Below are positions 9,854 through 17,819 of a DNA stretch of 64,000 nucleotides, piece by piece (position 1 is the first letter of the stretch; every line of letters begins with the position of its first letter). Origin of the DNA: Anaerolineae bacterium (GTDB lineage Bacteria > Chloroflexota > Anaerolineae > UBA1429); contig OY776562.1 in the NCBI GenBank assembly GCA_963675785.1, forward strand, positions 960,001-1,024,000. Direction: 5' to 3'. The translations under genes and the position numbers were made by a program. The notes under the pieces are model-generated. The model saw only the letters and a program-made list of their open reading frames with translations. It ran no database searches and was not told the origin of the DNA.

Positions 9854-10828
9854 TTAGGCTGTGAAGTTGAGAGAACCTGAGCCGAGATCAGCACGGATGA
9901 TGATTTGCCGTTCGGCCGAATCAAAATTGGCCGATTCCCAAGCCCCGGTTTTGGCTTTGTCTCCGCCTGCAGTTCGTATGAGCCCACTCGGTAGGTGAAC
10001 ACCACCTGATCCCCGATGTCCAATGATAATCCGAATGCCGGGATTGCCTGCAACCACGATCTTGGTCGAGCCAGAACCACCATCCAACGTAATGTCTGCA
10101 GAAGTGTTTTCTGAGAGCTTGATGTTCCCGGATCCCGAGCCGGCATCAACGACGAGTTTTAGCGTGGCCGGTGTATCTACCGTCAGCTTGTAGCTGCCAG
10201 AGCTTCCATCTAGGGTTATATGATGATCCCCACCGTTTGGTAGACTGATGCGCAGTGAGCCAGAGCCCCCGTCGATATGACTTGTCAGGGTTTCTCCCGA
10301 ATTGGCAGGCAACACAAGTTTTGACGAGCCCGATCCACCATCGTACTTGAAGGAAGCTAACTGCAATTCACTGAGGTTGGCTGACACAGAGCCCGAGCCG
10401 CCATTGAGTATCAAAGCAATTGGCAAGTCGGGTGAAATTGCGAATTGCCACCTGGCGTCCTGATTGAACATCTGGGCCAACGAAAAATCTTTATGGTGCC
10501 GAAGCGTGACTTTTGCCACACCCCCGGTTTGGGATGTCTGCCAATCTAGTGTGCCCGTATAGTCCAATGAGGCTGTTATCAGATTCTCAGAATCCTGCAG
10601 GGTGTTGATTTCCACCGGCCAGGATGAAAGATTCAGATCAATACGGGCTGATTCGGCACCATCTTTGGCTGCTACGAAATCCTGGTGCTTGAGTTCTGAA
10701 GTAAAGTTCAAGATATTGCCTCCTAGAAACCCGATTGATTGCAGATTCGGGCTTTGCTTAAGGCTTCCTGGGACATGGCTGTAGCCATTATCCCAAGACA
10801 AAGCTGAAAGTGTCGTGCTACACTGCAA
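9854..10828 (-). CDS. Toastrack/LiaG(DUF4097)-like beta-solenoid protein lacking its N-terminal anchor; start uncertain, possible pseudogene
   Basis: GGSGS repeats; highly similar to 33483-34649; only a TTG start overlapping the upstream gene. Confidence 0.65.
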   Translation of the reverse strand: MQCSTTLSALSWDNGYSHVPGSLKQSPNLQSIGFLGGNILNFTSELKHQDFVAAKDGAESARIDLNLSSWPVEINTLQDSENLITASLDYTGTLDWQTSQTGGVAKVTLRHHKDFSLAQMFNQDARWQFAISPDLPIALILNGGSGSVSANLSELQLASFKYDGGSGSSKLVLPANSGETLTSHIDGGSGSLRISLPNGGDHHITLDGSSGSYKLTVDTPATLKLVVDAGSGSGNIKLSENTSADITLDGGSGSTKIVVAGNPGIRIIIGHRGSGGVHLPSGLIRTAGGDKAKTGAWESANFDSAERQIIIRADLGSGSLNFTA

Positions 10829-11552
10829 ACGGGTCGCCTTCTTCTTGCTCGCTTACATTGTCGCGATCGACGCCATGGCTGCGCAGCCAAGCATCCAGAT
10901 CGACTTTGCGCAAATCTGCGCCAGACACCTTTAGACCTTCAGCACGAATATTGTTGAGGTCGATGCCCCGCAAGTCACTGCCCCAAAAGGCGCATTTGTG
11001 AAGCACAGCATGGTCCATCTTGATGCCGCGCAAATCTGCGCCAGTAAAGCTGGATTTCTGCAGATCAGCGTTGCGCATTTTGGCATTTCGCAGATCGGTC
11101 CCCATGAAACGTGCCTTGCGCAGGTCGGCACCACGTAAATCTGCGTCGCGCAAATCGCAGCCCATAAACAGGGCTCCCTCAAAGCGGGCTCCAGCCAGCT
11201 TGGCACCATTGAGATCGCATCCCATGAAGGGGAAGAGATTCTTAATCTTCACGCTTTGACGAATTCCTTCTGCGACCGTGGCACCAAGTCCAGAAAGTGT
11301 CTCACCAATGTTGGTGCCGAGCTCCTCGCCCAAATCCTCAAAGCCCTCACCAAAGGAATTACCTTGGAAATCTTCGTTTAGGCCGAAAGGTTCGTCATCA
11401 GACGTGTACTCTTCTTCTGGATCGAGCCGTGATGTCTTTTGATAGGAAGGTTCGTCATCGCCGTCCATTTTGGAAAGCAATTCATTGGCTTCTTCAGGCG
11501 AAATACTACCCTCTTGAACCATTTTCAAGATACGCATTGTCTGGTCATCCAT
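10818..11552 (-). CDS. SHOCT-like (YvlB N-terminal) domain plus pentapeptide-repeat protein
   Basis: MRILKMVQEGSISPEEANELL followed by about 22 GADLR-type pentapeptides. Confidence 0.85.
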   Translation of the reverse strand: MDDQTMRILKMVQEGSISPEEANELLSKMDGDDEPSYQKTSRLDPEEEYTSDDEPFGLNEDFQGNSFGEGFEDLGEELGTNIGETLSGLGATVAEGIRQSVKIKNLFPFMGCDLNGAKLAGARFEGALFMGCDLRDADLRGADLRKARFMGTDLRNAKMRNADLQKSSFTGADLRGIKMDHAVLHKCAFWGSDLRGIDLNNIRAEGLKVSGADLRKVDLDAWLRSHGVDRDNVSEQEEGDPFAV

Positions 11553-11955
11553 CTGTTTTTTCCTCCTCGTGTGTGTGGGGTTCTAGAGACTCAAATTCGG
11601 CAGCGGCTTCTTCGGCATCGATCTCCCCACTACGTAGGCGATCGAGGATGTCCATGCGAGCTTGTTTTCTCATGTCAGCTTCAGCTTCGTCTTGACCAAA
11701 ACCCATCTCTGCGATAACCTCATTAAGACGAGCTCGAAGCGTCCAATAAGACATGTTGTACTCGCGTTCCATCTCTTTGAGATTGCCCCGATGCCGTATA
11801 AAGGCTGTGATGAAATTCTGGCTCTGCGTCGATAACTTGCAGAATTCGCAGGGTTCATAGCGCGCCAGAATGACGGTTTCACAGTTCGTACAGGCAAGCC
11901 GGGTCACCTCAAGATCACCACCACAATTTGGGCAACGTCCTAGTATTTTTGCCAT
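11545..11955 (-). CDS. DUF2089 family Zn-ribbon/HTH protein
   Basis: CPNCGG, CTNC, FIRHRGNLKEMER, SYWTLRARL, C-terminal ILDRLRSGEIDAEEA. Confidence 0.92.
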   Translation of the reverse strand: MAKILGRCPNCGGDLEVTRLACTNCETVILARYEPCEFCKLSTQSQNFITAFIRHRGNLKEMEREYNMSYWTLRARLNEVIAEMGFGQDEAEADMRKQARMDILDRLRSGEIDAEEAAAEFESLEPHTHEEEKTDG

Positions 11956-11975
11956 AAGTGCCTCCTTTGTTGATT

Positions 11976-12016
11976 ATATTAGCAAAATACCATCAAATTG
12001 TCAAGCATTTGCTTGA
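11976..12016 (-). promoter_or_regulatory. Sigma70 promoter of the DUF2089 operon with palindrome TCAAGCA-tt-TGCTTGA
   Basis: Minus strand TTGACA(12004-11999)-N17-TAATAT with extended TG; palindrome 12001-12016 overlaps the -35. Confidence 0.6.
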
Positions 12017-12052
12017 ATTATTTTGGCATTCACTAAAGAGGATTAGGCATTC

Positions 12053-13675
12053 ATGAACAAAAAGCAAGAGCTCTTGTTGGTAGCTCTAGTTCTAATCCTG
12101 GCTGTGGGCATCAGAGTCTGGGGTCTGGATTATGGACTGCCTCATCTCTATGATCCAGATGAACCTGTCTTTGTAGAACATGCCTTGCAGATTTTGCAGA
12201 CGGGTGATTGGAATCCTCACTGGTTTGGGCATCCGGGTACTACCACGATCTATATGAATGCCTTTCTCTATCGCGTTATCGGTGGCGTTGGTACGGCGCT
12301 AGGCTATTACGAGAATTGGGGGGAATTCTGCTACACCTATTATGTGGATCCCACTGCGTTCTACTATAGCGGCCGATTATTGATTGCCTTGTTTGGCGTG
12401 CTTTCGGTCTTGTTGACCTACTTGATCGGGCGGCGTGCTCTCAATAAGCGTGCTGGGCTCATAGCTGCTCTGCTTTTGGCCATCAGCCCGCTTCACGTCT
12501 ATTTCTCGCGGCTCATTCGTACTGACGTGGAGATGGGCTTTTTCAGCCTCCTCTGTATCTGGTTTTGCCTGGGCGTCGTCAAAGAAGGGCGCTGGCGCGA
12601 CTATATTCTGGCTGGTGTGTTTGCTGGCGTTGCCTTTTGTACAAAGTACCCGGCGGCGATGGCCGTTCTGGTGATCGCCCTGGCGCATTTTTACCGCACC
12701 AAACGGGATGGGCTTGTGGACGAAGCCAAGGAGCATCTCAAGCTGGTAGGGGCGGCGGGTTCATGGTTTGTCGGCGCCTTTGCGGCCTCCCCTTACTTTT
12801 TCTTGGATTTTGGGACAGCGTTTGAATACGTCAAAGCAGAGGCACGGCCTACACACCTCAGCGCTACAGGCGGAGGGCTCTGGTCTAACCTGAGTTGGTA
12901 TTTACAGGAGCCTTTGACTAAGGCTTTGACGACTGCGGGTGTGGTGTTAGCTATTGGCGGGCTGATCTACCTTTTCATCCGCAAGCGCGAAGGCAAGGAT
13001 CGGGGAACTGGGGCGGTGCTGGCACTCTATCCGGTTGTGTTTACGCTATTTATCTCCAGCCTGAGCCTACGCTGGGATCGTTGGGTGGTGCCGGCAGTGG
13101 CCTTCCTATGTCTTGCCATTGCGGCTTTTGTAGATGCACTGGCGGAGAGTTTGCAGGCCAGGGCGCCCAAATGGGGTTTTGCTCTTGCTGCTCTGGTGGT
13201 GCTTGGGTTGGCTATCCCCATGGGCATCAATTCGGCTGTCGAAGCTCGTGAATTTGCAGGTGATGATACACGCACCATCGCTATGAACTGGATGCTCGAG
13301 AATGTGCCGGCTGGTACCAGGATTCTCTCTGAGGTCTACACGCCCGAGTTCTCGTCTACCCAGTATGAATATTATGGGCCAACCGGGGACGGAACTATCT
13401 ATTACAAGAGTGCGGCTTCCATTGGGCTCGATTACTATATTCCCCAGGGCCACCTTGGTACGGTATCGGATACACAGGCGATCCTGGATCAGGATATCGA
13501 ATATGTGCTGTTCAGCAACATCTATGACCGGTATCTTGCAGAAGGGACAACCTATGCAGATAGGGTGGCAAACTATGAGGCTCTGTTCGCAATGGGAGAC
13601 ATTGTTTTTGAGACCGAGGCAATAGAAGGAAAAAGCCGCGGGCCGATCATTCGCATACTCGAAATACGCCAGTAG
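12053..13675 (+). CDS. GT-C fold glycosyltransferase family 39 (PMT/ArnT-like)
   Basis: YDPDEP acidic loop, multiple TM helices, SRLIRTD, CTKYP. Confidence 0.85.
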   Translation: MNKKQELLLVALVLILAVGIRVWGLDYGLPHLYDPDEPVFVEHALQILQTGDWNPHWFGHPGTTTIYMNAFLYRVIGGVGTALGYYENWGEFCYTYYVDPTAFYYSGRLLIALFGVLSVLLTYLIGRRALNKRAGLIAALLLAISPLHVYFSRLIRTDVEMGFFSLLCIWFCLGVVKEGRWRDYILAGVFAGVAFCTKYPAAMAVLVIALAHFYRTKRDGLVDEAKEHLKLVGAAGSWFVGAFAASPYFFLDFGTAFEYVKAEARPTHLSATGGGLWSNLSWYLQEPLTKALTTAGVVLAIGGLIYLFIRKREGKDRGTGAVLALYPVVFTLFISSLSLRWDRWVVPAVAFLCLAIAAFVDALAESLQARAPKWGFALAALVVLGLAIPMGINSAVEAREFAGDDTRTIAMNWMLENVPAGTRILSEVYTPEFSSTQYEYYGPTGDGTIYYKSAASIGLDYYIPQGHLGTVSDTQAILDQDIEYVLFSNIYDRYLAEGTTYADRVANYEALFAMGDIVFETEAIEGKSRGPIIRILEIRQ

Positions 13676-13730
13676 GCTTGAAACTGGAATCGATTTTGCT
13701 ACTTGTTAACGACAGGTTTTGGAGGAAGGC

Positions 13731-15065
13731 ATGTTCAAGACTAGACGCGCACGCGCCATAGGCTGGTTTTCTTTTTACTCGGTTATCGTGCTTTTGCCAC
13801 TATTATCTATGATTTTATTTCCATTGGATGAACCCGAAGAATGGATACGTGAGTTTGCCATAGCCGTCGGCTTTGCCGGGGTTGCTATGTTGGGCTTACA
13901 GCTCATCCTGACGGCACGGTTCCCCTTTCTCGATGAGCCCTTTGGAGCTGATATTATCTATAGGTTCCATCATCAGATCTCGATTGCTACCCTGGGCATG
14001 ATGCTGTTACACCCCATCCTGATTTTTGGTAAAGATGTTTACAAATTTTTCTTTCTACTCAACTTTTTCGATGTTTCTCTGAAAACAAAGGCTGCCGAGA
14101 TTTCTATCCTGGCGGCGGTTGTTTTAGTGGTGATATCCGTATGGCGCAAAAAACTCAGAATCACCAACTATGTGGCCTGGCGCATCTGGCACGGCTCGTT
14201 GGGGATCGTGGCCTATGTGGCGGTAATGATCCACATACTCCTTGTGAATAATTACATGGCTCAGGCTCCCATTCGTTGGCTCATCCTGATTTATGCTGGC
14301 ATAACTCTGGCCGTGCTCATCTACACGCGGATCGTTCGTCCTATTCAACTGCATCGCAATCCTTGGGAGGTTGTCTCAGTAGAGCAGGAAAGAGGCTCTG
14401 CCTATTCGCTCAATCTTTCTCCGTTGGGCAAGGGCATCCGTTTTGAGCCAGGTCAGTACGCTTGGATTACAGCTTGGCGTGGGCCCTTTGCCAATGCTCA
14501 ACATCCTTTTTCCTTTTCATCCAGTGCCGAGGATTCGGATGTCATTAGTTTTGGCATCAAGGAATTGGGCGACTTTACGGCAACCATCAAGGAACTCAAG
14601 CCGGGCGACAAGATCTATGTGGAAGGGCCGTATGGCGGGTTTAGCCCCGATCGTTGGCCGGATGCGACCTCGTTGATTCTTGTACCTGGCGGTATTGGCG
14701 TTTCTCCGATGATGAGCATTTTGCGTACGATGGCGGATCGTGGCGACAAACGGCCGATCGTCCTTTTGTATGGCAACTATGACTCGGCGACCGCGGCCTA
14801 TTATGAAGAAATCCTCGATCTGAAAGAAAAACTCAATCTTACTGTGCGCTATGTGCTGGAAGCTCCTCAAGAGGGCGAAGATTCTGAAAAGGGCTATATC
14901 ACACAACAAGTGCTGGAACGCTATCTACCACCGGAAGATGCTCGGGATGGTTGCCATGTGTTCATTTGCGGCCCTGGTATTATGATGAATTTCGTCGAGG
15001 CGTCTTGTCTGAATTTGGGATTGCCAATTTCTCAGATTCACTCTGAGCGCTTTGATTTGGTATAG
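13731..15065 (+). CDS. Ferric reductase-like transmembrane flavo-oxidoreductase
   Basis: Heme His residues (RFHH, LLHP, IWHG, MIHI), HPFS, GDFT, EGPYG, GGIGVSP, CGPG, HSERF. Confidence 0.9.
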   Translation: MFKTRRARAIGWFSFYSVIVLLPLLSMILFPLDEPEEWIREFAIAVGFAGVAMLGLQLILTARFPFLDEPFGADIIYRFHHQISIATLGMMLLHPILIFGKDVYKFFFLLNFFDVSLKTKAAEISILAAVVLVVISVWRKKLRITNYVAWRIWHGSLGIVAYVAVMIHILLVNNYMAQAPIRWLILIYAGITLAVLIYTRIVRPIQLHRNPWEVVSVEQERGSAYSLNLSPLGKGIRFEPGQYAWITAWRGPFANAQHPFSFSSSAEDSDVISFGIKELGDFTATIKELKPGDKIYVEGPYGGFSPDRWPDATSLILVPGGIGVSPMMSILRTMADRGDKRPIVLLYGNYDSATAAYYEEILDLKEKLNLTVRYVLEAPQEGEDSEKGYITQQVLERYLPPEDARDGCHVFICGPGIMMNFVEASCLNLGLPISQIHSERFDLV

Positions 15066-15076
15066 GGAGGTAAAAG

Positions 15077-15169
15077 ATGAGAAGGAGGCAATCGAGACTC
15101 TTGGCGTTCTGTACAACACTCGCAGTGCTAGCAGTTGCAGCATTTGTGGCCTGGCTTCAAGCTGGCTGA
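15077..15169 (+). CDS. 30-aa single-TM small protein MRRRQSRLLAFCTTLAVLAVAAFVAWLQAG
   Basis: GGAGG RBS 6 nt before ATG, 11 nt after the reductase stop and before the terminator. Confidence 0.6.
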   Translation: MRRRQSRLLAFCTTLAVLAVAAFVAWLQAG

Positions 15170-15199
15170 ACTAGATTTCTAGCCAATAGGCAATCTTTT

Positions 15200-15247
15200 A
15201 GGCGTATCCTGGGAAAGGAGAACTCCTTTTCAAGGATACGCCTTTTT
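15200..15247 (+). terminator. Rho-independent terminator
   Basis: aggcgtatcct...aggatacgcct followed by a T run. Confidence 0.85.
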
Positions 15248-15252
15248 GCTAT

Positions 15253-15308
15253 TTGACAAATCTTATACAGCGTATAAGATATACATTGTATAACAAATAC
15301 ATTGTATA
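15253..15308 (+). promoter_or_regulatory. Promoter with three TATACAnTGTATA-type palindromes (putative TetR operators)
   Basis: TTGACA at 15253; sites 15264-15276, 15280-15292, 15296-15308. Confidence 0.7.
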
Positions 15309-15360
15309 TCTTATATAATTCTGAGATACACTATTGCCGTAAAGCAGAAAGGAAATGTAT

Positions 15361-16077
15361 ATGCCAAGACCACGCCTGACCGAAGAAGAGAGGCAGGCTA
15401 TGCGAAATCGAATTTTAGATGCTGCCGATGCAGTTGCTCTTGAAAGCGGCCCGCGCGCTGTGAGCAGCCGTTCCATCGCCGAAAAGATGGGTACATCTCA
15501 TATGGTTCTCTATACCTACTTTGAGAATCTCGAGCAGGTGTACGAGGCCATGCAAACACGGCGTGTAGAACAGCTCGGGCAGACGCTCGGTCAGCTTACT
15601 GAGCGTGCTCGAAGCGAAGGTGCCGACAAGGTACTGTATGAGGCACTGCTTTCTTTATTAGAGAACACCAAAGTGCATCCCCGGATGGCAGATATGCCCA
15701 TCATCATAGCTGCCCATCACAAGCGTGAAGGCTCCCCGGATCATCAACGAGTTCCACATAAAAAGGGGAGACACTCTTTTATCAAAGGAATAATCCAAAA
15801 GGATCTTGTTTCCTGGGGTAAAGAAGTGATCGTCATTGGGCAGGAGCAGGGTGTTTTCTGCCAGGGTGATGCAACCGACATGACTGAGACCGTTGTCGCC
15901 ATCGTCTATGGCGTGATCCTCTCCTGGCGTGTACGTTTTGTTCACGATGAGAAAATTGACGAGCTCTATGGAAGAGCGGTAGATATGGTAATGAGCTATT
16001 TGGTAGACGGAGATCACTTTGATATTGGTGCCTCCCGTCGGCCACTCTTGATGGTTGATGATGGAGAAAAGGAATGA
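15361..16077 (+). CDS. TetR/AcrR family regulator
   Basis: ILDAA, SRSIAEKMGTSHMVLYTYF helix-turn-helix. Confidence 0.9.
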   Translation: MPRPRLTEEERQAMRNRILDAADAVALESGPRAVSSRSIAEKMGTSHMVLYTYFENLEQVYEAMQTRRVEQLGQTLGQLTERARSEGADKVLYEALLSLLENTKVHPRMADMPIIIAAHHKREGSPDHQRVPHKKGRHSFIKGIIQKDLVSWGKEVIVIGQEQGVFCQGDATDMTETVVAIVYGVILSWRVRFVHDEKIDELYGRAVDMVMSYLVDGDHFDIGASRRPLLMVDDGEKE

Positions 16078-17819
16078 AATCGATATTTAGACTGTTTAGG
16101 CACCTCAAGCCTTATTGGAAGATGGCCGGGTTGGCTCTCTTGTTTTTACTCTTCCAGGTGGCTCTCGACCTTTTGGTGCCGCGATTACTGCAGAACATTG
16201 TTGATGTGGGCATAGCCAATCAAGATCTGAGCTATGTTGTGAATCAGTCCTTGATGATGATTGGATTGGCGCTTGTTGCGGCTGGAGCCGCTATCGCGAA
16301 CACGATCTATTCTGTTCGTGCTTCGCAGAATTTTGGTGCGGACTTGCGGAATATCCTGTTTCGCAAGGTTCAGACACTATCGTTCGTCAATCTGGATTCC
16401 CTCGATACGGGCAAATTGGTCACCCGTCTAACCAGCGACGTGGATATGGTGCAGCGAATCAGCGCCATGTCGCTTCGCATCATGACGCGTGCCCCGATTC
16501 TGTTGCTCGGCAGCTTGATCATGCTGGTTATCACAGCTCCTTCTCTTGTTTGGATCCCACTGGTGGTCTTTCCTGTCGCTGTGGTCATTCTTGCTATTGT
16601 CATCGGTCGGGGCAGCAAACTGTTCCAGGTACAGCAAGAGCGACTGGACGGCGTCAATACGGTGATGCAAGAGAGTCTTTCCGGCGTACGGGTGGTTAAG
16701 GCCTTTGTGCGTGAGGATTATGAGAACGAGCGTTTTGGCGCGGCTAACTCCAAACTGCGTGACTCGGCCATCAAGGTGGGCCAACTCTTGGCTTTTGTGC
16801 CGCCGATCATCATGATCGTTATGAACCTGGCCTTGATCGCTGTCTTTTGGTTTGGCGGTTTACATGTCATCCAGGGCACTTTGACGCTGGGCGAACTCAC
16901 GGCCTTTCTCAATTATTTGAGCATGACTCTCAACTCTTTGATGATGTTGAGCATGTTGCTCATGGCTATTTCTAGGGGTGAGGCTTCGGCGCAGCGTATC
17001 TGCAAGGTGTTGGACGAGGTACCGACGGTAGTTGACCCCGAAAAGCCCATTACAAAGCTTTTGGGCAAGGGCCGCGTAGAGTTTGATCATGTTACCTTTA
17101 ACTATGATGGTGACGAGGCAGAGCCGGCACTCAAGGATGTCAGTTTTGTTGCCGAACCAGGACAAATGGTTGCCATACTGGGAGCGACCGGATCCGGTAA
17201 ATCGACGCTGGTACACCTTATCCCGCGTTTTTATGATGTAACGGGTGGAGCGGTGCTGCTAGATGGCACGGACATCCGCGATGTCTCTCAAAAGACGCTT
17301 CGTGCACAGATTAGTATGTCATTGCAAGAGGCAATCTTATTTTCGGGAACCATTCGCGACAACATCCGCTATGGCCGGCGTGACGCCAGCGAGAAAGAGA
17401 TCGTCGCTGCCGCTCAGGCAGCTCAGGCTGATGACTTTATCATGAGTTTGCCCGACGGATATGATACCCTGGTTGGGCAGCGCGGTGTAAACCTTTCTGG
17501 TGGGCAAAAGCAACGTCTGGCTATTGCCCGGGCTATTTTGGCCAATCCGACTGTTTTAATACTGGATGATTCGACCAGCGCGGTTGATGTGGATACAGAA
17601 GCCAAGATTCAAGATGCTTTGGCCAAGATTATGAAAGATCGTACAAGTTTTGTAGTGGCCCAGCGAATCAGCACGGTTTTGGCTGCTGATAAAATTCTAG
17701 TGCTCGATGAGGGGCGCTTGGTCGCCGAAGGCACCCATAGCGAACTGATGGCATCGAGCCAGGTGTATCGTGAGATCTATGAATCTCAGCTGGGGAATGG
17801 AGTGTCTGTTAATGCCTAA
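16074..17819 (+). CDS. Heterodimeric ABC exporter subunit 1 (degenerate site, TM287-like)
   Basis: TMD plus GATGSGKST, LSGGQ, LDDSTS, AQR. Confidence 0.95.
   Translation: MKSIFRLFRHLKPYWKMAGLALLFLLFQVALDLLVPRLLQNIVDVGIANQDLSYVVNQSLMMIGLALVAAGAAIANTIYSVRASQNFGADLRNILFRKVQTLSFVNLDSLDTGKLVTRLTSDVDMVQRISAMSLRIMTRAPILLLGSLIMLVITAPSLVWIPLVVFPVAVVILAIVIGRGSKLFQVQQERLDGVNTVMQESLSGVRVVKAFVREDYENERFGAANSKLRDSAIKVGQLLAFVPPIIMIVMNLALIAVFWFGGLHVIQGTLTLGELTAFLNYLSMTLNSLMMLSMLLMAISRGEASAQRICKVLDEVPTVVDPEKPITKLLGKGRVEFDHVTFNYDGDEAEPALKDVSFVAEPGQMVAILGATGSGKSTLVHLIPRFYDVTGGAVLLDGTDIRDVSQKTLRAQISMSLQEAILFSGTIRDNIRYGRRDASEKEIVAAAQAAQADDFIMSLPDGYDTLVGQRGVNLSGGQKQRLAIARAILANPTVLILDDSTSAVDVDTEAKIQDALAKIMKDRTSFVVAQRISTVLAADKILVLDEGRLVAEGTHSELMASSQVYREIYESQLGNGVSVNA

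Noticed and set aside
10880-11230. Periodic DNA repeats suggesting a CRISPR or tandem array
   Set aside because: Explained by pentapeptide-repeat coding; no repeat-spacer structure and no cas genes
16074-17819. Degenerate Walker B and switch motifs (LDDS, AQR)
   Set aside because: Normal for TM287/288-type heterodimeric exporters
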